Assembly (NCBI GenBank): GCA_050916045.1
Contig: CP051526.1
Coordinates: 3,424,001 to 3,488,000, forward strand
From: Tepidisphaera sp.
GTDB lineage: Bacteria > Planctomycetota > Phycisphaerae > Phycisphaerales > UBA1924
DNA: 64,000 nucleotides
Direction of reading: 5' to 3'
In this document: positions 34,638-44,483 of the stretch, piece by piece
How positions within the stretch are numbered: the first letter of the stretch is position 1
How the letters are laid out: each line of letters begins with the position of its first letter
The notes under the pieces: generated by a model
Told to the model about the DNA's origin: nothing
Database searches by the model: none
What the model saw: only the letters and a program-made list of their open reading frames with translations
Program-made: the position numbers and the translations under genes

Positions 34638-36473
34638 ATGCCCCAGCCCACCACCCCGAACACGCCCGCCGCCCCCACCATCCCCACCCGCGATCCAGCG
34701 ACCTCGCCTCTCCTCCTCATTCCCACGCCCCGAAGCGTCAAACGCGGCACCGGTTCCGCCCCCCGCTCCGAGCCCGCGGTGGATGCCCTCAGCAAACCCA
34801 AAGGCCCCGAGCACTACCGCCTGACGATCGCTCCCTCGGGCGTCCGCATCCAAGCCGCTTCACCCGCCGCCGAACGCGCCGCCCGCGCGACGCTCGATCA
34901 GCTCGCCCGGCAGTTCGGCGACAAGCTGCCCGCGGTCGAGATCGAAGACTGGCCCGCTTTCGCCACCCGCGGCGTCATGCTCGATGTCTCCCGCTGCCGC
35001 ATCCCCACGATGGACGAGTTCGCTCGCATCATCACGACCCTCGCAAGCCTCAAGATCAACCACCTCCAGCTCTACACAGAGCACACCTTCGCCTACGAAG
35101 GCGCTGAGGACGTCTGGGCGGGATGGAGCCCCCTCACCCCGGCCGAGATCCGCTCGCTCGACACGCTCTGCCAAGCCCACGGCATCGAGCTCGCCGCCAA
35201 CCAGAACTGCTTCGGCCACCTCCACCAGTGGATGAAGTCCCCCAAGTTCCGCGACCTGGCCGAAACACACGGCGACTGGATGTACGACCTCTGGCCTCGC
35301 TCGGGAGCTTTCAGCCTCTGCCCGATCGACCCCGCGAGCGAGCGTTTCGTCGAGAACCTCCTCTCGCAGCTTGCGCCCTGCTTCTCCTCACCCCTCGTGA
35401 ACGTCGGATGCGATGAGACCTTCGACATCGGCTGGGGACGCAGCAAACAAGCCGTCGCCGAACGCGGCCGCGCCCGCGTCTACCTCGAGTTCGTCGCCAA
35501 GATCGCCGCGATCGTCACCAAGCTCGGCAAAAAGCCCATGTTCTGGGCCGACATCGCCCTCTCGCACCCTGAGCACGTCGGCGACATCCCCAAGGAACTC
35601 GTCGCGCTCGCGTGGGGCTACGAACCCGACGCTCCCTTTGACCGCTGGTGCACCGAGCTCAAAGCCGCCGGCCGCGAGACCTGGCTCTGTCCCGGCACCT
35701 CGTCTTGGCGCTCCATCACCGGCCGCACCGCGGAACGCCACGGCAACCTCGCCTCCTGCGCCGCTTCCGGAGTCGCGCACGGCATCAAGGGCTTCCTCAC
35801 GACCGATTGGGGCGACACCGGCCACTGGCAGCAGTGGCCCGTCTCGCTCCACGCCCTCGCCCACGGAGCTCACGCGGCCTGGACCGGCGACGCCACGACC
35901 TTTGACGCCCAAGCCGCCGCCGTGCACGCGCTCGGCGCCCCCGTTCACGCCGCGAGCGTGGGCAACTGGCTCGAGCGCCTCGGCGACGCCGACCTCGACC
36001 TTCGCCGCGTGTGCCTGCCCCTGTCGCGTGCGCCCAAGCCCGGCGAGCCGCCCGTCCTCCGCAACCAGTCCGCGCTCATGAGCGACCTCTTCAAGGAGAT
36101 CGACGAACAGCGCGAGATCGGCTCGGAATGGCAGTGGTACAGCACACACGAACGCATCCTCAAGCTCACCGCCGAGTTTGAAGCCGACTTCATGCCGCAC
36201 CTCCCGCCCCTCATCGCCGAGGAGATCATTCACACCCTCGACCTCGCCGGCTACGCCGCGACGCGAGGGTGGTGCCGCAGGCTCGAGCCCGCCGCGCGGC
36301 CCATCTCGCGGAACGAGTTCCTCGCGTGGCACGACGACATCGTGCAGGAACACCGCCGCCTGTGGGCACAGCGCTCACGACCCGGCGGTCTGGACCAATC
36401 CTGTGCGTTCTTCGCCCAGTCTCGCGAGAAAACCGCCGGCCCCGCGACTCAGGCCCGGAGCGGACGCCGGTAA
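34638..36473 (+). CDS. Glycoside hydrolase family 20 (beta-N-acetylhexosaminidase-like)
   Basis: IEDWPAFATRGVMLDVSR, FGH, NVGCDE, TTDWGD. Confidence 0.85.
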   Translation: MPQPTTPNTPAAPTIPTRDPATSPLLLIPTPRSVKRGTGSAPRSEPAVDALSKPKGPEHYRLTIAPSGVRIQAASPAAERAARATLDQLARQFGDKLPAVEIEDWPAFATRGVMLDVSRCRIPTMDEFARIITTLASLKINHLQLYTEHTFAYEGAEDVWAGWSPLTPAEIRSLDTLCQAHGIELAANQNCFGHLHQWMKSPKFRDLAETHGDWMYDLWPRSGAFSLCPIDPASERFVENLLSQLAPCFSSPLVNVGCDETFDIGWGRSKQAVAERGRARVYLEFVAKIAAIVTKLGKKPMFWADIALSHPEHVGDIPKELVALAWGYEPDAPFDRWCTELKAAGRETWLCPGTSSWRSITGRTAERHGNLASCAASGVAHGIKGFLTTDWGDTGHWQQWPVSLHALAHGAHAAWTGDATTFDAQAAAVHALGAPVHAASVGNWLERLGDADLDLRRVCLPLSRAPKPGEPPVLRNQSALMSDLFKEIDEQREIGSEWQWYSTHERILKLTAEFEADFMPHLPPLIAEEIIHTLDLAGYAATRGWCRRLEPAARPISRNEFLAWHDDIVQEHRRLWAQRSRPGGLDQSCAFFAQSREKTAGPATQARSGRR

Positions 36474-37597
36474 ATCAGCTCCACATCGTTCCCCAGCGCC
36501 CGAACGCGGAGCAGATCAAACCGCCTGCCCGCTGAAAGCGTCGGCGCGACCCGCCCCGCCGCCGCCGACTTCGCCTGTTCATCGCCCAGCATCAGCGGCG
36601 CGATGTAGACCACGGCTTCGTCGATCAGGTCGTGATCCAGGAACGACCCCAGAATCGAAGGCCCGGCTTCGACCATCACGGTCGACACGCCGTGACGCTC
36701 CACGAGCGCTCGCAGCATCCCTTCCAGGTCCACCCCCGTCGCCGAAGCCCGCACCCCCAGAACATCCACGCCGCACGCCAGCAGAGCTTCACGCTTGGCC
36801 GACGTGATCGAAGCCGTCGCCAATTCCGCCGCGCACACGATCGTCGTCGGGATCGATGCCGCCGAACGCACCATCGCGAAGTTCACCGGGATGTCCAGAT
36901 CGGTATCGCATACGACCCGCCGCGCCACCCGGCGCACCCTCGGCACGTGCCGCGCCGTCAGCATCGGATCGTCAGCCAGTACCGTCCCGATCCCCGTCAC
37001 GATCGCGTCCACCCGCGACCGAAGCCGGTGCACCCGCGATCGCGCAAGCTCCCCGCTGATCCATTTGCTCTCGCCCGTCCGCGTCGCCACGCGTCCATCG
37101 ACGGTCTGCGCCCACTTCGCGACGACCCACGGAAGCCCAGTGCGGATCCGCTTGAGAAACGGCGAGGTCACCGCCGTCGCCGCCCGGTTCTCACAGAAAT
37201 CGACCCTAATCCCAGCTTCCCGAAGCGCCTTCGCACCCCCGGCCGCCTCCGGATTCGGATCGGCGCACGCGATCACGACGCGAGAGATCCCCGAAGCCCG
37301 TATGGCGTCGATGCAGGGCGGTTGCTTGCCGTGGTGCGAGCACGGCTCGAGCGTCACATACATCGTGAGGCCGCGCAGATCGACCACGCCGCGACTCGCC
37401 GCGTTCAGGATCGCTTCGCGTTCGGCATGAAGCCCGCCGAACACGCGATGGTGGCCGACGCCCACGACCTCCGCACCCCCGCCCGTCTCGCGCGCGATGA
37501 CCGCACCGACCATCGGATTGGGCTCGACATCCCCGAACCCGCGCCACGCGTGCCGGGCCGCCAGATCAAGCATGCGTGTGGCCACAGGGTCGTGCAT
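36449..37597 (-). CDS. ribD: Riboflavin biosynthesis deaminase/reductase
   Basis: PNPMVGA, HAE, TLEPCSHHGKQPPC, SKWISG, GIGTVLADDP. Confidence 0.95.
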   Translation of the reverse strand: MHDPVATRMLDLAARHAWRGFGDVEPNPMVGAVIARETGGGAEVVGVGHHRVFGGLHAEREAILNAASRGVVDLRGLTMYVTLEPCSHHGKQPPCIDAIRASGISRVVIACADPNPEAAGGAKALREAGIRVDFCENRAATAVTSPFLKRIRTGLPWVVAKWAQTVDGRVATRTGESKWISGELARSRVHRLRSRVDAIVTGIGTVLADDPMLTARHVPRVRRVARRVVCDTDLDIPVNFAMVRSAASIPTTIVCAAELATASITSAKREALLACGVDVLGVRASATGVDLEGMLRALVERHGVSTVMVEAGPSILGSFLDHDLIDEAVVYIAPLMLGDEQAKSAAAGRVAPTLSAGRRFDLLRVRALGNDVELIYRRPLRA

Positions 37598-37640
37598 CCG
37601 TGAAGTGTACGACACCCCTCACCCGCGCCAAGAGCCCGAT

Positions 37641-38627
37641 TCAAGCGATCCGGATGAGCGCTCGCCGCTCCTGCGGGTCCAGCACGCCGCCCGCGTCCTT
37701 CAGCCATCGCTTGGCATCCTGCCAGTATCCCGCCGTCGGACGAAGCCCCGCCATCCGCCCGCTCCAGTACCGGTTGAACCGGACCATCGCCAGCTCTCGC
37801 ACATACTTGGCCGTCATCGAAGCCAGCGCGATCGGCAGGTGCACCCGCTCGGATCCGACCTGGAAGACCACCCCGATCGACCTCCCGCCCACCGGCACGA
37901 AGTACCGGCTCCGATCCGGCGTCTCTTCGACGACCCGCACATCGGCGACGCTCACACCCGCAAAGTCAGCCACGATGTCCGCATACTGCATCCGCCCGCC
38001 AAGACGGTCGCACACGAACCGGAGGCCGTCATCCGGCCACGACGCCGCGAGATTCATCACCGTCCGAAAGTGTCCCCTCACCGCGGCGATCGTCGTCGCG
38101 CCCTTGCCCCCGCCGTCCCGAGCGATCGCGTTGAACTCCTCCTCGCCCATCACCCGGCACGCGAGAGCGGCCAACGTAAGCCCAGCTCGGCCCATCTCCT
38201 CACCCAGCGGGTTGGCCGCGATGCCGATCTCCGAAGCCGTCCACGCCACCGGACTGGCAAGCGGCAAGCCGCCGTACCACTCCCGCGCCGGCCACTCGGC
38301 GCCCAGCGCTTCCAGCAGCCCGACATCATCCACAGGGCGATGACCGCACACCGCAAGCCAGGTCAGCACGCCCCGCTCAAGATGCGTCAGCGGATGCCGC
38401 CTCACCGCCGAATTCGGAAGCTTGAGCTCCTTCGAATCCGCGATCACGATCCGCGCACCCGCACCCTTGATCCCCCGTGCAACCGACCGCGGCAACATCT
38501 CCCACACGTCCGGAGCCGGCGCACCCTCCGCCCAGCTCTCGACGCGAAGCACCGAGAGCCCCACCGCGAGCGGACCCAGCAGCGGCCCGTACCCCGCTTC
38601 ATCAACGCCGGCGATCAAAAGCCCCAA
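37641..38627 (-). CDS. Ribonuclease HII-like protein (divergent)
   Basis: AGVDEAGYGPLLGP, ADSK, ALASMTAKYVRE. Confidence 0.7.
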   Translation of the reverse strand: MGLLIAGVDEAGYGPLLGPLAVGLSVLRVESWAEGAPAPDVWEMLPRSVARGIKGAGARIVIADSKELKLPNSAVRRHPLTHLERGVLTWLAVCGHRPVDDVGLLEALGAEWPAREWYGGLPLASPVAWTASEIGIAANPLGEEMGRAGLTLAALACRVMGEEEFNAIARDGGGKGATTIAAVRGHFRTVMNLAASWPDDGLRFVCDRLGGRMQYADIVADFAGVSVADVRVVEETPDRSRYFVPVGGRSIGVVFQVGSERVHLPIALASMTAKYVRELAMVRFNRYWSGRMAGLRPTAGYWQDAKRWLKDAGGVLDPQERRALIRIA

Positions 38628-38716
38628 AGCCGTTCCTCGTCACCCAATGAACCGACGTTCCGCGCGGACGCAAACCGTCCGCGCGGAACGTCGAGATCCT
38701 CACACTGGTGCCAGTC

Positions 38717-38899
38717 TCACTTCGCCGAGCGAGCGCCGCCGCCCTGCGGGGCACCGTCCGGAGCCGCCACGGGAGCCGGCGTCGGGGTGGACGAGCCGCC
38801 GGAGAACAGACCGAGGTTCCACGCGATCACAAGACCGGCAAGGACCAGCAAAACGACCGCGAGAATGAGTTTTTTCTTGTCCGCTTCAGAATTCGCCAT
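38717..38899 (-). CDS. Small single-pass membrane protein (60 aa)
   Basis: SD AGGAG; KKK followed by a hydrophobic helix and a P/A/G-rich tail. Confidence 0.7.
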   Translation of the reverse strand: MANSEADKKKLILAVVLLVLAGLVIAWNLGLFSGGSSTPTPAPVAAPDGAPQGGGARSAK

Positions 38900-39050
38900 G
38901 GAAGGCTCCTATTTGGGTCCGGCAGTGGACCAAGTCTTCCTCCCGACCCCCGACATACTCGGAGACGCCTCCGAGGGCCCGGAGCATACCAATCGCGACC
39001 CCATCTCGCCACCAACCGATCAAATTACGAACACGCCTGCCCCGCCCACG

Positions 39051-39073
39051 AAAAAGCCGCCTCGCGGGCGGCT
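39051..39073 (-). terminator. Intrinsic terminator after tRNA-Leu
   Basis: agccgcc-cgcga-ggcggct followed by TTTT. Confidence 0.8.
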
Positions 39074-39098
39074 CATCCGACTCCTCAATCCTTCAAAG

Positions 39099-39182
39099 TG
39101 CGGCCGAGAGGACTTGAACCTCCAAGGTATTGCTACCACTAGAACCTGAATCTAGCGCGTCTGCCAATTTCGCCACGGCCGC
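39099..39182 (-). tRNA. tRNA-Leu(CAG), 3' CCA not encoded
   Basis: GCGGCCG acceptor stem; D arm TGGCGAAATTGGCAGACGC; anticodon arm CTAGA-TTCAGGT-TCTAG; long variable arm; GGTTCAAGTCC. Confidence 0.97.
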
Positions 39183-39195
39183 GGCGTCGCCAACC

Positions 39196-41529
39196 TTAGT
39201 CGACTTCCTTCTCTTGGACAACCCCGCCCGCCTCGGCTCCCCCGCCACGCACCAGCCGCCAGCACCGGTGAATCCGGGTATTCCGGTACTCCGGCGGGAC
39301 CGTCCGCCGGCTGATCTCCCGTCCCGAATACCCCGCTTCAACCAGCCCCGCTTCGTCCAGCTTGAACCGGCGGTTGTTGTTGCTGAAGTACACCACGCCC
39401 TTGGGCGACAGGAGGTTGGCGACCAACCCCAGCATCTCCGCATGGTCGCGCTGCACATCGAAGACGTCGTCCGTCCGCTTGCTATTGCTGAACGTCGGCG
39501 GGTCGACGATCGCAAGGTCGTACGACCCCCGCTCGCCGACGGTTCGCTGCGCACGAAGCCACTCCATGACGTCCCCGCGCACCAGCCGATGGCCCGCTCG
39601 CGCCGCCGCCGCGTTGGCCCGCGCATCCTCGCCCCACCACTCAAGCCCGTTGAGTTCCAGATTCCGCCCCGCCCACTCCAGATACGTGTTCGAAAGGTCG
39701 ACGCTCGTCGTCGCCTCGGCCCCGCCGCTCGCCGCATAGACCGTAAACGAGCCCGTGTAGCAGAAGAGATTGAGCACCCGCTTGCCCGCGGCTTCCTCTC
39801 GCACCATTCCTCGCGTCAGCCGGTGATCCAGGAACAAGCCCGTGTCGACATAGTCCGACAGGTTCACCTCGAACTGAAGCCCGCCTTCGTGGACGACGAA
39901 CGTCTTGCGTTCATCCGCGACGCGCTCGTGCTGCGTCAATCCCCGCTGACGGTGCTTGTTCTTCACGAACACGCGGCGTCGATCAACGCCGAGCACATCC
40001 CCCGCGCGCATCGCCACCGCGTCAAGCCAATCCGCCTGCTGGGCCGGGGTCCGGCTGTGCTCCCGCTCATACTCCGCGATGTGCACCGCATCCTCGTACC
40101 GATCGATGATCACCGGCACGTCCGGCATGTCGCGCTCGTACACCCGGTAGCACGTGATGCCGCGCGACGGATACTTGCGCAGGTGCCTCGCGTTGTTCGC
40201 CAGGCACGCCGCAAACTCGTCGATCTCCTTGATGTCCCGCGCACGAAGCCCGCCGAACCCGGCTTGCGGCCCCGCGGGCGCGTCTACCGGGCGATCGACG
40301 TGAACAGGTACGACCGCATGGGCCGCAGGCTCTTCGGACTCAACCTCCGCCGTCGCGGACTCGGCCGGAACCACCGCTTCCTCGCCCGCGTTCATCCCCT
40401 TCGGCGGCCTGGGCCCCAGGAACTGGTAGTACGTGCACTCGATCTGCGCGTTGAAAAGCTTGCGCCGCCGCGTCGCCGACTGCCCCACCAACGCCTCAAG
40501 ATCGTCCCACGACGTCAGCACGTGCGTCGACCACGTGGGCAGATGCCGAAGCACGTGGGGAAACCCGCGATACAGATCCTCAAGCTCACGTCCGCGTCCG
40601 ATCCGCTCGCCGTACGGCGGGTTCGTGATGATGCACCCATACTCAAGCTTGCTCGTGAGGTCCTTGAAATCCCGCTGCGAGAACCGGACAACGTCCGCCA
40701 CGCCGGCCCGCTTGGCGTGGTGCCGCGCCAGCGAAAGCGCATCCTCGCTGATGTCATACCCATGGATCGGATACGCGAGCTTGCCCACCGCCAGGTCCTT
40801 GGCTTCCTCATCCGCCGTGTCCCACACCTCGTCAGGAATGATCCCCCACTCCACGGCGTCGAACGTGCGATAAAGCCCCGGCGCGATGTTCCGCCCGATG
40901 AGCGCCGCTTCGATCGGAATCGTCCCCGACCCGCAGAACGGATCCACAAGCGGACGGTTCGGCCGCCACACCGAGAGCAACACCAGCCCCGCCGCAAGCG
41001 TCTCCTTCAGCTGAGCTTCGCCGATCAGTTGCCGGTACCCGCGCTTGTGCAACCCGTCGCCCGATGTGTCGATCGTGAGCGTCGCGACATCCCCGAGCAT
41101 CGAGATTTCGATCGCGACCCGGTGCGCCGATTCGGGAAGCTCCTCGACGCCGTGCGCTGCTTTCAGCCGCTCCACGATCGCTTTCTTGACGATCTTCTGG
41201 CACGCCGGCACGCTGGAAAGCTGGCTCTTGACGCTCCGCCCAGTCACCGGGAAAGCCGCGTCCTTCGCGACCCACTCTTCCCATGGCAACGCCCGCACCC
41301 CGTCGAAAAGCTGCCCGAAATCGGTCGCCGGGAACGTCCCCACACGGATCAGCACCCGATCGGCGGCCCTGAGCCACATGTTCGCCCGGCATATCGCGGC
41401 CAGCTCTCCTCTGAACAAAACCCGACCCGTCGAGAGCACGGTGGGCGCATATCCGAGGTTTTCGAGCTCGCGCACCACCACCGCTTCAAGTCCGAAAGCC
41501 GTCGCGGCGATGAGTTCAAGCTGAGGCAT
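39196..41529 (-). CDS. rlmL: Bifunctional 23S rRNA m2G2445/m7G2069 methyltransferase RlmKL
   Basis: THUMP region, LHKRGYR, DPFCGSGT, NPPYGER; second MTase domain DTGLFLDHR, LNLFCYTG, DPPTFSNSK. Confidence 0.93.
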   Translation of the reverse strand: MPQLELIAATAFGLEAVVVRELENLGYAPTVLSTGRVLFRGELAAICRANMWLRAADRVLIRVGTFPATDFGQLFDGVRALPWEEWVAKDAAFPVTGRSVKSQLSSVPACQKIVKKAIVERLKAAHGVEELPESAHRVAIEISMLGDVATLTIDTSGDGLHKRGYRQLIGEAQLKETLAAGLVLLSVWRPNRPLVDPFCGSGTIPIEAALIGRNIAPGLYRTFDAVEWGIIPDEVWDTADEEAKDLAVGKLAYPIHGYDISEDALSLARHHAKRAGVADVVRFSQRDFKDLTSKLEYGCIITNPPYGERIGRGRELEDLYRGFPHVLRHLPTWSTHVLTSWDDLEALVGQSATRRRKLFNAQIECTYYQFLGPRPPKGMNAGEEAVVPAESATAEVESEEPAAHAVVPVHVDRPVDAPAGPQAGFGGLRARDIKEIDEFAACLANNARHLRKYPSRGITCYRVYERDMPDVPVIIDRYEDAVHIAEYEREHSRTPAQQADWLDAVAMRAGDVLGVDRRRVFVKNKHRQRGLTQHERVADERKTFVVHEGGLQFEVNLSDYVDTGLFLDHRLTRGMVREEAAGKRVLNLFCYTGSFTVYAASGGAEATTSVDLSNTYLEWAGRNLELNGLEWWGEDARANAAAARAGHRLVRGDVMEWLRAQRTVGERGSYDLAIVDPPTFSNSKRTDDVFDVQRDHAEMLGLVANLLSPKGVVYFSNNNRRFKLDEAGLVEAGYSGREISRRTVPPEYRNTRIHRCWRLVRGGGAEAGGVVQEKEVD

Positions 41530-41630
41530 GGCGGGCGGATGCTAGGGGAACCCGGGACGGTAACGTTTCGCCCGCCGCCACGGACCCGGGTACACTGCCC
41601 CCTCACTCTTTCACCCGACGGAGTTCCGCG

Positions 41631-42251
41631 ATGTCCGACCGATATCAGACCATCCTGCTCTTCGGCGCTCCCGGCGCGGGCAAGGGGACTCAGGGCAAGA
41701 TCCTCGCGCAGATCCCGGGGTTCTTCCACATGTCCACGGGAGAGATGTTCCGCAACATCGACATCACCTCCGAGGTCGGTCGCATCTTCCATCAGTACAT
41801 GTCCCGCGGCGAGCTCGTCCCCGACGACATCGTCATCAAGCTCTGGTCCCAGACCATCCACGCCTACACCATCCTCCGCCTCTACAAGCCCGAGCAGGAC
41901 CTCCTCATCCTCGACGGCCTCCCGCGAAACGTCGCGCAGGCCAAGCTGATGCACAAGCACATCAACGTGCTCAAGATCGTCCACCTCCGCTGCGACAACA
42001 AGGACGACATGATCCAGCGCCTCGCCAAACGCGCGATGCGGGAAAACAGGCCCGATGACGCCAAGATCGACGTCATCCGCCGCCGCTGGGACGTCTACGA
42101 GCGCGACACCTTCCCCGTGCTTGACTACTACCCCAAGGACATCGTCGTCGACGTCCCCTGCATCGGCTCACCCTCGATGATCCTCGCCAAGATCCTCGAA
42201 GCCGTCGCGCCCATCCAGGACCTGCACTTCAAGAATCCGCTCAGCAGCTAG
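41631..42251 (+). CDS. adk: Adenylate kinase family (short LID)
   Basis: GAPGAGKGTQ, STGEMFR, GELVPD, LDGLPR, RPDD. Confidence 0.85.
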   Translation: MSDRYQTILLFGAPGAGKGTQGKILAQIPGFFHMSTGEMFRNIDITSEVGRIFHQYMSRGELVPDDIVIKLWSQTIHAYTILRLYKPEQDLLILDGLPRNVAQAKLMHKHINVLKIVHLRCDNKDDMIQRLAKRAMRENRPDDAKIDVIRRRWDVYERDTFPVLDYYPKDIVVDVPCIGSPSMILAKILEAVAPIQDLHFKNPLSS

Positions 42252-42261
42252 ACTCCGGTCT

Positions 42262-42885
42262 ATGGCGAGATCAATCCGACCGACCGTCCGACCGACTGTC
42301 GTGGTGATCGGGGGGCCAAACGGAGCCGGAAAGACAACCATTTCACGCGCGGTGATCGCGTCCCTCGGCGTGCCGATGCAGTTCGTGAACGCCGATGTGA
42401 TCGCGCAAGGACTCGGCGGCACCGAGCCGGACAAGGTCGCGCTCGCGGCTGGACGCATGATGCTCACCCGGCTGCACCAGCTCGCGGACGCGAAGGAGAG
42501 CTTCGCCTTTGAGTCCACGCTCGCGAGCCGGTCGTTCGCTCCCTTTCTCTCCAAGCTCTCACAGGGCGGATACACGGTCCATCTCGTCTACTCGTGGGTC
42601 CATTCCCCGGAGATCTCCATCGCGAGAATCAAGACGCGAGTCCGGAACGGAGGTCATTTCGTCCCCGACAACGTCGTACGCCGGCGGTTCGCCCGTTCCG
42701 CTCGCAATCTGATCCGTCTGTACATTCCGCTTGCGTCTCGGTGGCGCGTCTACGATAATTCGAGCGGTCGTGGGCCCATGTTGGTCGGCCGAAAGACCGA
42801 GGGTGGTGACGCTCGGGTGCTGAAAAGAGCCCTTTGGGCCCGCTTGACGGAGATCGCGGATGAAGGAACGGACAAAGGAAACTGA
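42262..42885 (+). CDS. Zeta-toxin-like/AAA P-loop ATPase (COG4185-like)
   Basis: GGPNGAGKTT, FVNAD.IA, FESTL, RVRNGGH, YDNS. Confidence 0.85.
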   Translation: MARSIRPTVRPTVVVIGGPNGAGKTTISRAVIASLGVPMQFVNADVIAQGLGGTEPDKVALAAGRMMLTRLHQLADAKESFAFESTLASRSFAPFLSKLSQGGYTVHLVYSWVHSPEISIARIKTRVRNGGHFVPDNVVRRRFARSARNLIRLYIPLASRWRVYDNSSGRGPMLVGRKTEGGDARVLKRALWARLTEIADEGTDKGN

Positions 42886-43027
42886 TCGGGATCCGGCTGG
42901 CGCATCCATGGATCGCGCGGTCAAGGATGCCGTCCAACTCGCGATTGCCGAGAACAAAGCCCGCGAAGCGGTCCGCAAGCGGTTCGAGAAGAAGAAGCCG
43001 GTCGCCACCCGTCGCAAGTCCGCCTAA
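42860..43027 (+). CDS. Small basic protein (55 aa) overlapping the ATPase 3' end, not in ORF track
   Basis: GGAG SD then ATG; MKERTKETDRDPAGASMDRAVKDAVQLAIAENKAREAVRKRFEKKKPVATRRKSA. Confidence 0.6.
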   Translation: MKERTKETDRDPAGASMDRAVKDAVQLAIAENKAREAVRKRFEKKKPVATRRKSA

Positions 43028-43059
43028 ACCAAGTCCGTATAACCAAGGGCCCAATTCGA

Positions 43060-43812
43060 ATGCGTGCACGGGCTTTCACCCTCATCGAGCTCCTCGTCGT
43101 CATCGCGATCATCGCGCTGCTCATCGGCCTCCTGCTGCCCACGCTGGGCCGGGCTCGCCTCTCCGGCAAGTCCACCGCGTGTCTCGGACGCCTTCAGCAG
43201 ATCGGCGTCGCGATCTCGCTGTACCAGTCGGACTTCGACAACCGCTTGCCGCAGGCCAAGGGCCCGCTCCCCGAGGGCGGCGAGTCCGTCATCGGCGCGC
43301 TCTTCGGCGGCAAGAAGGGCCAGGTCCCCTTCTACGGGATCAACGAGATCGGTGCCGAACGCCGCCCCCTCAACAAGTACCTCGTTGACCGCGTCGTCCA
43401 GCCCGACAGCGATGACGTCGTCGTCGAGCTTCCCGAGTGGCGTTCGCCCATCGACACCGGCGCGGAGATCACAGGCCTGCCGATCCCGGGCCTTGAGCGG
43501 ACCGACTCGTTCTACGACTTCGTCGGAGCTTCGTACACGCTCAACGACCACGCTCTCGACGGCGAGAAAGCCGCCACGCTCGTCCCGCTCGGCGGCGGAC
43601 GCATGCCGTTCCTCTCGCGACCCAGCAAGACCTGGATGGTCGCGACCCACCCGATCTACAACTACCAGCAGGGCGGCGACCGCGGCTCACGCTGGACCGA
43701 CAAGAACAAGGTGGAAGCCAACATGCTCTTCTGCGACTTCCACGCCCGGATGCGCCTCTACGTCCCGCCGGGAATCGTCAACACCACCGACGACTACACG
43801 TTCCTCCCCTGA
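43060..43812 (+). CDS. Prepilin-type N-terminal cleavage/methylation protein (DUF1559-like)
   Basis: RAFTLIELLVVIAIIALLIGLLLP.LGRAR; C-terminal ANMLFCDFH. Confidence 0.88.
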   Translation: MRARAFTLIELLVVIAIIALLIGLLLPTLGRARLSGKSTACLGRLQQIGVAISLYQSDFDNRLPQAKGPLPEGGESVIGALFGGKKGQVPFYGINEIGAERRPLNKYLVDRVVQPDSDDVVVELPEWRSPIDTGAEITGLPIPGLERTDSFYDFVGASYTLNDHALDGEKAATLVPLGGGRMPFLSRPSKTWMVATHPIYNYQQGGDRGSRWTDKNKVEANMLFCDFHARMRLYVPPGIVNTTDDYTFLP

Positions 43813-43824
43813 GGCGGGCTCGAC

Positions 43825-44160
43825 TCACCTCACCCGCTCGGGGTCCGGAAAGTCGCGGTACAGCGCGGATTTGAAGTCCTTCACCATCGAATACACCGGC
43901 CGATGCAGGCCCTCGACCTCGCCGGCACGCGTCGCGACCAAACTGAACGCGTCGTCAAGCTGCGCGAGATCGTTCGTCCAGACTTCCGCGTGAAACTCGC
44001 CCATCCCGTCGGGGCCAAACCCGAACTTGCGCCGCGTCAGCCGCCACCCCTCGATCTTCCCCTGCTTCTGCAGGTGCCCGAGGTACGCATCGACGTTCTT
44101 CGCGAACTCCAGGTCGCGCCGCGAGTCGATCAGGTTGAACCACATGTGGTAGTGCTGCAT
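43825..44160 (-). CDS. Conserved hypothetical protein (DUF6614-like)
   Basis: YHMWFNL, RLTRRKFGFGP..GEFH, LYRDFPD. Confidence 0.6.
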   Translation of the reverse strand: MQHYHMWFNLIDSRRDLEFAKNVDAYLGHLQKQGKIEGWRLTRRKFGFGPDGMGEFHAEVWTNDLAQLDDAFSLVATRAGEVEGLHRPVYSMVKDFKSALYRDFPDPERVR

Positions 44161-44201
44161 GGCGGAATCAGTGTATCAGCCGCGCCAGCCTACACTTAAG
44201 C

Positions 44202-44483
44202 ATGGCCACGCGCAAGAAGGTCACGGTTCAACTCCCGGAGCAACTCGGCCGATTCGCCTCGGACGCGGTCACATCCGGTCGATACGAATCGCTCGACGAA
44301 GTGGTCCGGGATGGCGTCCGACTGCTGATGGATCGCGAACGTGAGCGCAGCGCCGCCCTGAAAGCACTGCGTCGCAAAATCGACGAGGGCGTCAAGGCCG
44401 CCGATGCCGGCGACGTCCTGAGCAGCGATAGGTTCTTCGCGGATCTCCGCCGTCGCTCACGCAAGCCCCGCAAAGCAGGATGA
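44202..44483 (+). CDS. parD: Type II antitoxin, ParD (CC2985-like RHH) family
   Basis: V.SGRY.S..EVVRDGVRLL...LR..IDEG. Confidence 0.85.
   Translation: MATRKKVTVQLPEQLGRFASDAVTSGRYESLDEVVRDGVRLLMDRERERSAALKALRRKIDEGVKAADAGDVLSSDRFFADLRRRSRKPRKAG

Noticed and set aside
38900..39182. tRNA-Leu as an integration site for an island or prophage
   Set aside because: No integrase and no duplicated tRNA 3' end were seen; the flanks are housekeeping genes.
39130..41949. 939-aa plus-strand ORF, and similar long ORFs at 57467-59827(-), 10008-12140(-), 19179-21026(+), 37497-39149(+), 61840-63495(+)
   Set aside because: They lie antisense to well-supported genes (rlmKL, carB and others), are Arg/Pro-rich with no motifs, and are typical shadow ORFs of high-GC DNA.
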